Notes: a model not told the origin generated them from the letters alone. DNA of 64,000 bases from Christensenellales bacterium (GCA_050309775.1 JBNRMV010000012.1:16168-80167); one strand, 5' to 3'. Shown: positions 40,190 to 49,968, counted from the stretch's first letter. Program-made: numbers and translations.

Positions 40190-40785
40190 TTTTGCGCCTT
40201 AGGTTTATATACCAGACCAATAGCGCGGCTGGCAAACATAATGAGTTCCTTTGAATTCTTTATGGCTACTTTTTTGATAAACGCCTTGCCGCCGACAGTA
40301 ACAGCGGCTACAAGACTTGATAAAATAATATTAAATATCCAAGCCTGAGGGTTGTCAAAGGCTATTTTTGCTATTATGGTGATTGAACATGCTCCGCTGA
40401 CTATGCCGCAAATATCACCAATGACATCTGCGCAGATATTTGACACCTTTTCGGCATTCTTGACCAAAATTACGGCTATTTTTGCGCCGGGTACTTTGCG
40501 CGCCGCCATAGACAATAATGGCGACAGTTCGCAAGAAGCGGCAGCTATACCGATACCGTCAAATACTATATTGATAATAACAAGCAACAGCAACAATGAC
40601 ATTGCTATGATTATGTTGGCTTTTGATGCGGTTATTTCGGTGATAAAACTAAAAACAAGCGAAAGTATAAGGGTAACAAAGGTTATTTTAATTGCCCAGA
40701 GATTTCGCTTTTTTTGTTTTGATTTCTTGTTGTTGTCTTTTTTTTCAGGCGTTTCTGCCTCTTGTTTTATGTCGGTCTTCATCAT
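40186..40785 (-). CDS. oapA: OLE-associated membrane protein OapA
   Basis: ~200-aa 4-TM protein directly downstream of OLE RNA; IVFDGIGIAA and CADVIGDICGIVSG (DxxxD) motifs; alternative ATG at 40812. Confidence 0.85.
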   Translation of the reverse strand: MMKTDIKQEAETPEKKDNNKKSKQKKRNLWAIKITFVTLILSLVFSFITEITASKANIIIAMSLLLLLVIINIVFDGIGIAAASCELSPLLSMAARKVPGAKIAVILVKNAEKVSNICADVIGDICGIVSGACSITIIAKIAFDNPQAWIFNIILSSLVAAVTVGGKAFIKKVAIKNSKELIMFASRAIGLVYKPKAQK

Positions 40786-40803
40786 TTCAGATAAAAATAA
40801 TTT

Positions 40804-41367
40804 CGGTGGCATAAACTAAGTAAACCTTGCGTCTTTGGTTCGGTAGGATTTCCCTACCGGGAACCTGTCGTCGCCGTACAGGCAGTTTCCTTTTAATCCC
40901 GATAGAATCGGATTGCTCCAGATTCAACCGAATCGCCACTTAGAACACACTATAATCCTTAGCTTATACAGTCTAGAAGATTTCCTTAACAGACTTGATG
41001 TGGGTTATCCTCTTTTGCAGTATCAGTTTCATTCCGCAATCACATACTACTGTTGGCCAACAGGAACATGCTTAAAATCAGAAATCCACAGCCACCACTC
41101 AAGGCAAGCTACACTGCACACAGACATTGATTACCGCGATGCAGGTTTAATCCCTGGCAGTAGACTTGCATCCACCAAACAGGGTCTCCACGATAGTTGG
41201 GTCGGCTCCCGTATGCCATTACGGGACGCCCAATTATCTTAACTCCCAGCACCAGCCCTGATTTGGGCAACCAAGGCCAGCACAAGGAACTTCATCGATT
41301 TGCTCTTTAACGGTATTTTAACCCCGTCTTCGCGCACATCGCACCTGACTAGAATACTGTGCCACCG
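40804..41367 (-). ncRNA. ole: OLE (ornate, large, extremophilic) RNA
   Basis: terminal stem CGGTGGCA/TGCCACCG; blocks recognised as OLE-like: TTCTAGTCAG, ATCGATGAAGTTCC.TGTGCTGG, GTGCAGTGTAGC.TGCCTTGAGTGG, TAAGCTAAGGATTATAGTGTG, GGAAACTGCC, GCAAGGTTT; canonical ispA-ole-oapA-tlyA-nadK-argR-recN synteny. Confidence 0.92.
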
Positions 41368-41374
41368 TGCATAC

Positions 41375-41403
41375 ATATTAGCACACTTTTATAGTTTATG
41401 CAA
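41375..41403 (-). promoter_or_regulatory. promoter of ole
   Basis: TTGCAT-17 bp-TAATAT with TG extension, 7 nt upstream of the 5' terminal stem. Confidence 0.65.
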
Positions 41404-41432
41404 ATAATTTATGAAAAATGCCGGCAAACAAC

Positions 41433-42251
41433 TTATTTCTGACGAAAAACAACGCTTTTCGTCAGTTCAATCAAATTTTTTGCCTCATTGCCATACTTTG
41501 AAAATATCTCCTCTATCTCCTTGTACAGCGAATTTACTGTTTTTTCCGCTTGATTTTTGCCAAAATATGAGGAATATGATTTTTTGTCGGCATCAAGCAT
41601 GTCATCGGTCAACTGAAAAATTATACCCAATTTTTCGCCAAACACCGCCATATCGTTGTATACCGCCTCATTTTTATGCAAATAGCAAGGAATAAGCGCT
41701 GCGGCTTTTATCAATGCGGCAGTCTTTTTTGCGTACATTGAAAGCATTTGTTCGGGTGAAGCGTCGCGCTGCAATGTAAGGTCTTCAACTTGCCCGCCTA
41801 CCATGCCCTTTGCCCCTGCGCATTCAGCTAAAAGAATAGCCGAACTGAATAGTTTGTTGTCAAAACTAACTGCTTTGAGTGCAACTTCATAAGCTAAGTT
41901 CAGCAAAGCGTCACCAGCAAGTATGGCAATGGCTTCGCCATATACCTTATGCGTTGATGGTCTGCCTCTGCGGAAATCGTCATTGTCCATAGACGGCAAA
42001 TCGTCATGTATCAATGAATATGTGTGTATGAGTTCAATGGCGATAGCAAAATCCGCAACTTTTGTCCAACTAATTCCAAGGAACTCCGCAGATAAGCGCA
42101 TTATCAGCGGTCGGATTCTTTTGCCGCCGCCAAATACAGAATATTCCATAGCGGAGTATAGTTTTTCGGGGTAAAGCCCTTTTTTCTCCTCAAAAAAACG
42201 CCGCAAACCCGTTTCAAACTCATCTATCATTTGCAAATTTTCTTTATTCAT
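41433..42251 (-). CDS. ispA: farnesyl diphosphate synthase
   Basis: GGKRIRP, SLIHDDLPSMDNDDFRRG, FQLTDDMLD. Confidence 0.92.
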   Translation of the reverse strand: MNKENLQMIDEFETGLRRFFEEKKGLYPEKLYSAMEYSVFGGGKRIRPLIMRLSAEFLGISWTKVADFAIAIELIHTYSLIHDDLPSMDNDDFRRGRPSTHKVYGEAIAILAGDALLNLAYEVALKAVSFDNKLFSSAILLAECAGAKGMVGGQVEDLTLQRDASPEQMLSMYAKKTAALIKAAALIPCYLHKNEAVYNDMAVFGEKLGIIFQLTDDMLDADKKSYSSYFGKNQAEKTVNSLYKEIEEIFSKYGNEAKNLIELTKSVVFRQK

Positions 42252-42447
42252 CGTCAACCTCAATTTTTTGCATATCAGCGTTCAGCAGTTCAAACTGACC
42301 TTTGAGTTCGTTCAACTCTTTCAGACAGTCTTTTGCCGTCTTTATGCCGTCTGCGTACAGTTTCAGGCTCTCCTCAAGCGTAATTTTTTCGCTATCAAGT
42401 TTCTTGACTATTTGTTCAAGTTTTTGGGCGTTTTTTTCATAACTCAT
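42244..42447 (-). CDS. xseB: exodeoxyribonuclease VII small subunit
   Basis: LEQIVKKL...LEESLKLY..G; follows xseA. Confidence 0.9.
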   Translation of the reverse strand: MSYEKNAQKLEQIVKKLDSEKITLEESLKLYADGIKTAKDCLKELNELKGQFELLNADMQKIEVDDE

Positions 42448-43637
42448 TTTGTTTGCTCCGTTGTTTGGGTAATTATTGCCTGCGCGCTGCCGTCATACGC
42501 ATATATATTTATTATATCATCCTTTTGCAATTCCGCAATGCCCGAAACTGCCGTTTGGTCTTTTGTCACACGAAAATAGCCCTTTTGCAGTAATTTTGAC
42601 GGGTTCATACTGTCAAGCGATTGCAAAAAGCGTTGCAAATCGGTCTCTCGTCTGTTTATATTCCTTTCAACGGCTCTGCGCATTGTTTCTTTGTGCGCTT
42701 TAATGCGGTACTTTTGTTGTGACAACAGTTGTCCCCAGCGATAGCCTATTTCGGATATATTAAAGATGACACGCGCACGCGCGTTTTCAAGCAGCCTTGC
42801 CTGTGTACGGTATAGCTGATGCTGCATATCGGCAATATAGTCTTTTTGCGATTGAATGTCGTATCCCACTCTCTCCGCCGCTGCCGTCGGCGTGATGGCT
42901 CTTTCGTCAGCCACAAAGTCGCAAAGCGTATAATCTGTTTCGTGTCCGACAGCCGATATTATCGGAGTGTTGGCGTCAAAAATTGTACGGGCAAGCGTTT
43001 CGTCATTGAATGGCAACAAGTCTTCAAATGAGCCGCCGCCTCTGCCTATGACAATGACATCAAACCCCCTATTGTCGGCATTCTGTAAGGCTTTTGTTAT
43101 TTCCTTTGCCGCAAATTCACCTTGCACTCTGACATCTATAAGAGTTAGTTTTTGTTGGGTGTTATATTTATAAATCGTCGTCATTATGTCCTGAATAGCC
43201 GCGCCCTTTGCGCTGGTTATTATGGCAATATTGTTGGGGAATTGCGGAACTTTCTTCTTGTATTGAGCGTCAAACAGCCCTTCCTGCTTAAGTTTTTGTT
43301 TAAGTTCCTCAAGTTTTTGATAGAGAGCGCCTGCTCCGAACAGTTCTATTTTGTATGCCGTAAGCGACAATCGACCTGTCTTGACATAATAGTCTGGTCT
43401 GCCCGTGACAAGCACTTCCTCGCCGTTTTTTGGGATATATGTGCGTTTGCAATCAAAACACAGTATGGAAAGCTGGGCATTTTTGTCCTTAAGCGTAAAA
43501 TAGCAGTGTCCGCCTACGACGCTGACACCGCTTGCTTCGCCGACAACCGGCACATTGTAAAGTGTTGTTTCTTCTTGAAAAATATTCCTTACATAGGTAT
43601 TAAATTGTTCGACTGTAAGATATCTTTTATTTGCCAT
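42444..43637 (-). CDS. xseA: exodeoxyribonuclease VII large subunit
   Basis: GHCYFTLKD, GRGGGSFEDL, SAVGHETD, TPTAAA. Confidence 0.95.
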   Translation of the reverse strand: MANKRYLTVEQFNTYVRNIFQEETTLYNVPVVGEASGVSVVGGHCYFTLKDKNAQLSILCFDCKRTYIPKNGEEVLVTGRPDYYVKTGRLSLTAYKIELFGAGALYQKLEELKQKLKQEGLFDAQYKKKVPQFPNNIAIITSAKGAAIQDIMTTIYKYNTQQKLTLIDVRVQGEFAAKEITKALQNADNRGFDVIVIGRGGGSFEDLLPFNDETLARTIFDANTPIISAVGHETDYTLCDFVADERAITPTAAAERVGYDIQSQKDYIADMQHQLYRTQARLLENARARVIFNISEIGYRWGQLLSQQKYRIKAHKETMRRAVERNINRRETDLQRFLQSLDSMNPSKLLQKGYFRVTKDQTAVSGIAELQKDDIINIYAYDGSAQAIITQTTEQTK

Positions 43638-44469
43638 AAAGCTCGTATGCCTTGATTGTGTTGGCAAGTAACATAGTTCTGGTCAAAAGCCCCACTCCGC
43701 CGGGTACGGGGGTTATGAATGAACATTTGTCCTTGACTGCCTCAAAGTCCACATCGCCGCACAAATAGCCGTCGGCTCTGTTCATGCCCACATCGATGAC
43801 AACCGCGCCGTCTTTCACCATGTCGGCGGTGACAAACTTTGCTCTGCCAATAGCAACAACAAGAATGTCCGCAGCGGCGGCAATCTTGGTCAGGTCCTTT
43901 GTTTTTGAGTGACAGACCGTCACCGTTGCGTTTTCACGAAGAAGCATAAGCGCCATGGGCTTTCCGACTATGTTTGAACGCCCGATTACGACGGCGTTCT
44001 TGCCGGCAACTGAAATGTTGTAGGCTTTCAGAAGCTCCATTACGCCGCTGGGTGTGCAGGGCTGAAGTTCGGGAATGCCAAGCGCAAGTCTGCCCATTTG
44101 CCAGGCGCTGAGACCGTCAACATCTTTTTTGGGGTCAATATATGAAAGTATTTCGTTTTCGTTGAGATGCTTCGGAAGCGGCAGTTGTACTATCATGCCG
44201 TCTATGGTTTCGTCAGCGTTCAATTCATTTATTGCGGCGACAAGCTCTTCTTTGGTTGTGTCCACAGCAAGGCGAAGATGTATCGACTTCATGCCGATTT
44301 CTTCGCAGTCCTTTATCTTGTTGGCAACATACACCTTTGAGGCGGCATCGTCGCCAACTATGATGACCGCAAGCCCTGGTTCTCTGCCGGTTTTTTTGAG
44401 GTCTTGAATTTTTTGTTTGAATTGGGATTTAAGCTGTGCCGAAACGGCTCTTCCGTCAATTATTTGCAT
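43627..44469 (-). CDS. folD: methylenetetrahydrofolate dehydrogenase/cyclohydrolase
   Basis: VQLPLP, KDVDG, PCTP, GRSNIVGKP, TPVPGGVG. Confidence 0.96.
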   Translation of the reverse strand: MQIIDGRAVSAQLKSQFKQKIQDLKKTGREPGLAVIIVGDDAASKVYVANKIKDCEEIGMKSIHLRLAVDTTKEELVAAINELNADETIDGMIVQLPLPKHLNENEILSYIDPKKDVDGLSAWQMGRLALGIPELQPCTPSGVMELLKAYNISVAGKNAVVIGRSNIVGKPMALMLLRENATVTVCHSKTKDLTKIAAAADILVVAIGRAKFVTADMVKDGAVVIDVGMNRADGYLCGDVDFEAVKDKCSFITPVPGGVGLLTRTMLLANTIKAYELYGK

Positions 44470-44884
44470 CTTCGTCTATATCCTTTTTGTTTAGTTTTTT
44501 GTAAACGCTCGACAGTACGCCGTTGACATACTGATTGCTCTTGTCGGTGGAATAACGCTTCACAAGTTCGACTGCTTCAGCTATTGAAACAGAGTGCGGA
44601 ATGTCGGGCATGAAGTGCATTTCGTAAAGTGCAAGTAGCAATGCCGCAAGGTCAGGCATAAATATGCGGTCCAAAGAAAAGCCTTCAGAAAGCTGTTCAA
44701 TCTCCGATATCAGCCAATCATATTTTTCTATTATGCCTGAATAAGCTTCCGACATATATTTTTTGTCGACATCGGCAAGTTCTATGCTGGACAAAATGTC
44801 AAAGGTCCTTTGATTGGGTTTTTTTGAAAAGAGATATTCAAAAATTAATTTATATACTGATTCTCTGGCTATTTTTCGGCTCAT
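44456..44884 (-). CDS. nusB: transcription antitermination factor NusB
   Basis: RKIARE, EAVELVKRY, YVNGVL; synteny with asp23 and folD. Confidence 0.9.
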   Translation of the reverse strand: MSRKIARESVYKLIFEYLFSKKPNQRTFDILSSIELADVDKKYMSEAYSGIIEKYDWLISEIEQLSEGFSLDRIFMPDLAALLLALYEMHFMPDIPHSVSIAEAVELVKRYSTDKSNQYVNGVLSSVYKKLNKKDIDEDANN

Positions 44885-44911
44885 AAAGAACTTTCCTCTT
44901 GATAGTATGGC

Positions 44912-45259
44912 TTATTTGAAAATTATGTTGCTGACATTGACATTTATGGATTGTACTTTGTAGCGTGTCGCCGCTTCAACCGCCTTCTTTATTTTTTCTT
45001 GGAGATTGCAGACAACATCCGGCACGCTGTAGCCGTAAATGATATTTGTGTACAGGTCAATGATGACTCTGTTCTCGTCTATATATACATGTATGTTCCT
45101 ATGTTTGAGGGCGCTTAAACCAAATTTGTTCTTGACTAAACCAACCTCTTTTACCACGCCTTCAGTCTGCGAAAGAGCTGACCCGGCAATGGATGCAATG
45201 AGATTGGCGTATCTGTCGTTTACCTCATGACTAATTGAGTCTTTCACATTCCACCTCAT
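44912..45259 (-). CDS. Asp23/Gls24 family protein
   Basis: YGYSVPDV...LQEKIK..VE..T...V..INVNV; start set at ATG 45259, 5 nt after the -10 box. Confidence 0.85.
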   Translation of the reverse strand: MRWNVKDSISHEVNDRYANLIASIAGSALSQTEGVVKEVGLVKNKFGLSALKHRNIHVYIDENRVIIDLYTNIIYGYSVPDVVCNLQEKIKKAVEAATRYKVQSINVNVSNIIFK

Positions 45260-45264
45260 AGAGG

Positions 45265-45293
45265 AGTATAACATAAAAGACTCAATTGTGCAA
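45265..45293 (-). promoter_or_regulatory. sigma-A promoter of asp23-nusB operon (leaderless)
   Basis: TTGCAC-17 bp-TATACT with TG extension; ATG 5 nt downstream. Confidence 0.65.
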
Positions 45294-45309
45294 GGAATTC
45301 ATTCTCAAA

Positions 45310-45780
45310 TCAGGCGTAAGGCGTGATTACTACATCAAGCGGCGTGGCGTCTGTTTCAGTAAGTACTACATTAAGTATTTGCGCCGACTGTTCTTTTGTA
45401 ATCTCAGCAGCCTTGACAACAATATGGATGTTCTCAGTGCTGATTGTAACGATACAATCTTCAAAACCCTTTGACTTAATCAAGCCTTCAAGCACAAGCT
45501 CGGTTTCCATTATATCGCAGATGCCCAGCTTCTTTTCCTGAGCGCTGGCAATGGCCGCTTCGTCGGAGTCCTCTGCGCCGATAATGCTGTCAAGATAAAG
45601 TATCTCCTCGGCTCTGATGGCTTCCCTGTCTTGGCGGTATGATGTGAAGAATGTCACCGCTGTCAACTCTTCTTCTTCGGGATTGAGTTTTGCATTCAGG
45701 AAATAATTCAGTACGCCAGTTGCGACAAGCAATAACACAAGCGATACCAGAACTATTATCTTCTTTTTGTTTGTTTTCAT
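45310..45780 (-). CDS. spoIIIAH: stage III sporulation protein AH
   Basis: N-terminal TM, FF...R..RE, EGLIKSKGFEDC; last gene of operon. Confidence 0.88.
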   Translation of the reverse strand: MKTNKKKIIVLVSLVLLLVATGVLNYFLNAKLNPEEEELTAVTFFTSYRQDREAIRAEEILYLDSIIGAEDSDEAAIASAQEKKLGICDIMETELVLEGLIKSKGFEDCIVTISTENIHIVVKAAEITKEQSAQILNVVLTETDATPLDVVITPYA

Positions 45781-45807
45781 AAAATGCCTCCATATATGAT
45801 AATTTTT

Positions 45808-46371
45808 TTATTTCATTGCAAATATCTCTATGTTATTTGCGCTGACATTCAATACTGTTTGCACCGCCCGCATAAGTTCCAACCGTACTTTTGCGCTGCC
45901 TGCGCCTTGCGCTACTACTATGACGCCCTTGACTTCGGGCATTATTTCTTTTGTGACATAAAGTTTTGATGAGCCGTTTGAGTTTATTATTATCGGAGTT
46001 TCTGTTACCGTACTTGTAGAGGTATTTACGGCTCCGCTTCCGGACGATGTGTTGGTGTGCGTGCTTTTTGTGTTGGCTATGACCTTTTCCGTTGAGCCGC
46101 TGTATGTTATCATAACCTCTACGCTGCCGGCTCCGTTTATTTGAGAAAGCACCTGCGCCAGACGCATTTCAAGCTGTTTTGTCATCTCAAGGCTTTCTTG
46201 CGCTGCAGTCGGGTAGCTGTCTTTATCTTTGGTTTTCTTTTCCGAAGTTATCAAGGAATACCCGAGAATAAGCAGCGCAATGGCTATTATCGCAACAATG
46301 ATTTCAATGTTTTTTATGCCTTTCAGACGGACATATATTTCTTTGAATTTTTCTTTATATGTCTTTGCCAT
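45808..46371 (-). CDS. spoIIIAG: stage III sporulation protein AG
   Basis: LSQINGAGSVEVMIT, PEVKGVIVVAQGA. Confidence 0.92.
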   Translation of the reverse strand: MAKTYKEKFKEIYVRLKGIKNIEIIVAIIAIALLILGYSLITSEKKTKDKDSYPTAAQESLEMTKQLEMRLAQVLSQINGAGSVEVMITYSGSTEKVIANTKSTHTNTSSGSGAVNTSTSTVTETPIIINSNGSSKLYVTKEIMPEVKGVIVVAQGAGSAKVRLELMRAVQTVLNVSANNIEIFAMK

Positions 46372-46849
46372 AAATCATTATGCGTTCCTTATTCACGCTG
46401 ACCGCCTTTTGCACTGCCTCAATAATAACTTCACTAATATTTATATTCTTACCTTTTTCTGATATGACAGCGTTTTCTACCGACACCAACACGCTTATTA
46501 TCTCTAGCGCTGACATGTCATATGAAAAATTTATGCTTACCTGACAGCCGCTTATGCCTTTTTCTTCAATATATTCTTCAATTTGTCTTTCCTTTTGTGA
46601 ATACTGCGCGGTATACAGCCTAAAAAGCAAATCTCCGTCTTTTGAAAGCTCCTGATTTTGCTGAAAAGCGTCGGTAAATTCTATTTCTTTTTTTAGCAAA
46701 CCCGGCAAAGGCGCAATTATTACGGCTATGACAATTACCGACATTATGCCTTTTATGTACTTCTTTGTTTCGCCCTCTGCAAGCAACAAATCAAAAATTA
46801 CCGTCAATACAACCACGCATACTATTGAGATTATCCAGCTTTTCATCAT
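46355..46849 (-). CDS. spoIIIAF: stage III sporulation protein AF
   Basis: two N-terminal TMs with KKYIK; operon order. Confidence 0.85.
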   Translation of the reverse strand: MMKSWIISIVCVVVLTVIFDLLLAEGETKKYIKGIMSVIVIAVIIAPLPGLLKKEIEFTDAFQQNQELSKDGDLLFRLYTAQYSQKERQIEEYIEEKGISGCQVSINFSYDMSALEIISVLVSVENAVISEKGKNINISEVIIEAVQKAVSVNKERIMIYGKDI

Positions 46850-48036
46850 ATCACCCCAAAATTGCAGGTTATAATTATCAACATAACCATAATAAAGAAT
46901 AAAAAGGCAAACCCTGCGACAATGGCAACAAGCGTGACAAGGTTTTTTGAAGTTGTGTAAAGCATGTTTGAAATTCTTGCATCGGAAATCGGCTCAACAA
47001 TAGCCGACGCCAACCGCAAAGCAAAAATCAGCGCAATTATTTTTACCAACGGTGCAAGCACAATAAAAAATAATAATATAATGCTGCACAGCCCAAGCGC
47101 ATTTTTTATAACCACACAACTTGCCAACACAAGGTCAAAGCCCTCCGACAAATATCCGCCTAATATCGGCACATAGCTTGACAATGCAAATTTTGCAGAC
47201 TTAATGGTCACCGTGTCAAAAGCCGTACCTGTTATTCCCTGCGCCGTAATAAAAGTCACAAAAAGACTGAACATAATTCCCAGCGTCCATTCTGACAGAG
47301 ATTTTGTCGTCTTGTGCAGTTTTTCAAGTTTGATATTGTCGCTCAGATTGCCGACAATGCCAAAGACCACCGAGGCAATAAAGAGCGGCAGTATAAAAAC
47401 ATTTATCAGTTTTATCATTACCGTTGTCATTACCGTCATAAGCGGCTGATATACGGCGGCGCTGCCCACTCCGCCAAGCGCCGAAGTCAGCGTCAGCAAC
47501 AGCGGAAAGCAAAAACTCATAAGTTTGTCCATGGCGTCAATAGTTTTTTTAACGGAAATAATTATATCTGCTATGGCATAGCCAAGAATGGTGATTATTG
47601 CGCCATAACACACAATATAAATAATCTGGTTGGTTGACGCCTTTGAAAAGCCCGAAATTAAGCCCGAAAACATACCGAAAAGAATGGCGATAATTATTAT
47701 GATAATCATCATCGGCACGATTTTCAGAATACTGTTAAAGAACATTTTTACTATGCTGTTGAAAACTATGTTTATATCCAGTTTTGTTTTGCCGTCTATT
47801 ATTCCCCTGATAATCTCTTTCAGGCTTGAGCCCATACTTTTGAGATAATCCTCCTCGAGCTGCTGAAAAAATATTTCAAATTCATTTAGGTTTAATTCAT
47901 TTATGCGGTTTTCTATCTCATTATTGATTTTTTTTGAGACCTCTTGCTCTTTATTGGTTTCGGCATAAGCGGTTTCTTCGGCAATCGGACAAAAAACAAG
48001 CAGCGCTACAAATATAATAAAAATTAGTTTTTTCAT
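46846..48036 (-). CDS. spoIIIAE: stage III sporulation protein AE
   Basis: polytopic, KFALSSYVPILGG, VIKNALG, SAIVEPI. Confidence 0.92.
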   Translation of the reverse strand: MKKLIFIIFVALLVFCPIAEETAYAETNKEQEVSKKINNEIENRINELNLNEFEIFFQQLEEDYLKSMGSSLKEIIRGIIDGKTKLDINIVFNSIVKMFFNSILKIVPMMIIIIIIAILFGMFSGLISGFSKASTNQIIYIVCYGAIITILGYAIADIIISVKKTIDAMDKLMSFCFPLLLTLTSALGGVGSAAVYQPLMTVMTTVMIKLINVFILPLFIASVVFGIVGNLSDNIKLEKLHKTTKSLSEWTLGIMFSLFVTFITAQGITGTAFDTVTIKSAKFALSSYVPILGGYLSEGFDLVLASCVVIKNALGLCSIILLFFIVLAPLVKIIALIFALRLASAIVEPISDARISNMLYTTSKNLVTLVAIVAGFAFLFFIMVMLIIITCNFGVI

Positions 48037-48416
48037 AATAAACCGCCGATAATGTCAATGATGCCCGTAAGCACCGGTAGTGCCATTATGAATATGGTTA
48101 CCTTGCCGGCAAGCTGAATTTTATTGGCTATGCTTGCACAATCGTTGTCCTCGCATACGCTTGACGCATATTCGGTTATGTATCCTATACCGATAATGCG
48201 GAGTATTGCGTTAAAAATATCCCGAGGCAGACCGGACTTGTCCGCTATGCCGGAAAAGGTATTGACAACATCAAGTATTTTTTCAGAAATACCAATAAGG
48301 ATGATAACGCCGGTTGCCAGCGCAATAAAAATAGAATATTCAGGCTTTATATGCTTGACCGTAACGACCATAATCGTACCTATAAAGCCTATTGCTATGT
48401 ACTTAAATATGTCCAT
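48033..48416 (-). CDS. spoIIIAD: stage III sporulation protein AD
   Basis: IIGIGYITEY...CED...SIANKIQLAGK. Confidence 0.93.
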   Translation of the reverse strand: MDIFKYIAIGFIGTIMVVTVKHIKPEYSIFIALATGVIILIGISEKILDVVNTFSGIADKSGLPRDIFNAILRIIGIGYITEYASSVCEDNDCASIANKIQLAGKVTIFIMALPVLTGIIDIIGGLL

Positions 48417-48420
48417 ACCG

Positions 48421-48624
48421 TCAATAAAGTCTGAAAATTGCTCTTAAAGTATCAAACAAGCCCCCAATCATTTCAATGACCATCATAAGAACTATAACCA
48501 GTCCGGCAAGCGTTACAAGAGTGGCGATTTCTTTCTTTTCGCTTTTTTCCAGAATGTTATTTATTACTGCGGTAATAATGCCCACTCCGGCTATTTTGAA
48601 AATGATATCAATGCTCATGCCCAC
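48421..48624 (-). CDS. spoIIIAC: stage III sporulation protein AC
   Basis: IFKIAGVGI...LVTLAGLVIVL. Confidence 0.93.
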   Translation of the reverse strand: MGMSIDIIFKIAGVGIITAVINNILEKSEKKEIATLVTLAGLVIVLMMVIEMIGGLFDTLRAIFRLY

Positions 48625-48626
48625 CC

Positions 48627-49100
48627 CTAAAGAATTATTATCATTATGCCCAGTCCGACAAGCGGAGCCAACTTTTTAGCCAGCATTCCCTTTGCGCCGC
48701 GCTGCTTTTCCAAATTTCCTAAATATTCCGTAAGTCTGACTTTGCACTGCTCGGCAAAAGCCTTTTGGCTGCTGTTGTCCAGAGTCGCTATACCCTTTAT
48801 AAAGTCGGTAATTAACTGCTTTTCGCTTGCCGTCAGACATACCAAAGTCTGCATGCCGAACTGCAATTCATTGGGATTTTTTATTCCGGCAAGAGCCTCC
48901 GACAATTTTGTTCCCTTGCTTGCGTATTTAGCAAGCAAATCGGCTATGCCGGTTTTCATAAAACTAATTTCTGCGCATGCAAAACCAATGAAGTCAATAA
49001 ATTCATTGAGAACTGCAATTTTTGCTTTATAATAACCGTCTATGCCTATTCCGATATAGGTACAAGCTATGACAATGAGTATTCCTGCGACAAAATTCAT
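48627..49100 (-). CDS. spoIIIAB: stage III sporulation protein AB
   Basis: N- and C-terminal TMs, operon order. Confidence 0.82.
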   Translation of the reverse strand: MNFVAGILIVIACTYIGIGIDGYYKAKIAVLNEFIDFIGFACAEISFMKTGIADLLAKYASKGTKLSEALAGIKNPNELQFGMQTLVCLTASEKQLITDFIKGIATLDNSSQKAFAEQCKVRLTEYLGNLEKQRGAKGMLAKKLAPLVGLGIMIIIL

Positions 49101-49921
49101 TGTTTCCTCATAATTGATTTTATGCTTCCTACGCGTGGTTTAGACGATAACGCAATGAAATTGTCAAAGTGCGGCACCAATTCGCAATAATTCTTTTTCA
49201 CGCTGTCGATGCCGTCGGCATGAATGGCGGCAAGTATTTTTACCCCTGCCGCGGCAATTTTTTTTACGGCAATGATATCCTCATTTCCGAATATCTCGTC
49301 ACAAACGATGATTTCAGGCGAAAGAGAGCGAATACCGCCCTCATAACAAAGACTTTTGGGTACGCCTTGAATGATATCAATCATATTTTTTGGGGGGATT
49401 CTTGCTGCGCTGCCATAAAACTCATACCTTTCGTCAAGCACCAACACATCATAACGGCTGCTCAACACCCTTGCAATATCCCGAATTAAAGTTGTCTTAC
49501 CGCAGCCGGGCGGCGATATAACAAGCGTGTTCTGAAAATTTTCAAATACCCATTTTACAGCATCGCTGCAACCGTAGATATCATGGGGGAACCGTATACA
49601 AAGCGAAATAATTTCCCTATATGCAGACATAGTATTTTCTTTTTGGATTGCCTGTCCGCCTATGCCTATTCTTATGCCGTCTTTGTAATAAATAAAACCT
49701 CTGCGGAATTCTTCTTCATAAGCATATGCAGAATAGCCCGTTGCGCGCGCAATTATTCCGTCAATCAGCGCCTTGTTGGCGGTTATGCCGATATCAATCT
49801 TTGTTGTATTGTTTTTTGCAATGATAGGCTGCCCTCTGCGAATACGCAATTCGGTAAGCCTTTCAAAAGACACTGCGCTTTGCACAATGTCATATATTTC
49901 TTTGCCCAAAAGGTCTTGCAT
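49097..49921 (-). CDS. spoIIIAA: stage III sporulation protein AA (ATPase)
   Basis: ELRIR, ISPPGCGKTTLIRD, LDERYE, RSLSP. Confidence 0.9.
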   Translation of the reverse strand: MQDLLGKEIYDIVQSAVSFERLTELRIRRGQPIIAKNNTTKIDIGITANKALIDGIIARATGYSAYAYEEEFRRGFIYYKDGIRIGIGGQAIQKENTMSAYREIISLCIRFPHDIYGCSDAVKWVFENFQNTLVISPPGCGKTTLIRDIARVLSSRYDVLVLDERYEFYGSAARIPPKNMIDIIQGVPKSLCYEGGIRSLSPEIIVCDEIFGNEDIIAVKKIAAAGVKILAAIHADGIDSVKKNYCELVPHFDNFIALSSKPRVGSIKSIMRKQ

Positions 49922-49968
49922 ACTTTACTATACTTTAGCCGCAATGACGGTTATGACAAAATGTGTAC

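Noticed and set aside
40913-41242. 109-aa + strand ORF in the ispA-oapA gap
   Set aside because: Antisense to the OLE RNA, with no protein-like motifs or SD.
40804-41367. RNase P RNA, tmRNA or group II intron as the identity of the structured region
   Set aside because: Their signature ends and motifs are missing, and the sequence blocks and synteny fit OLE.
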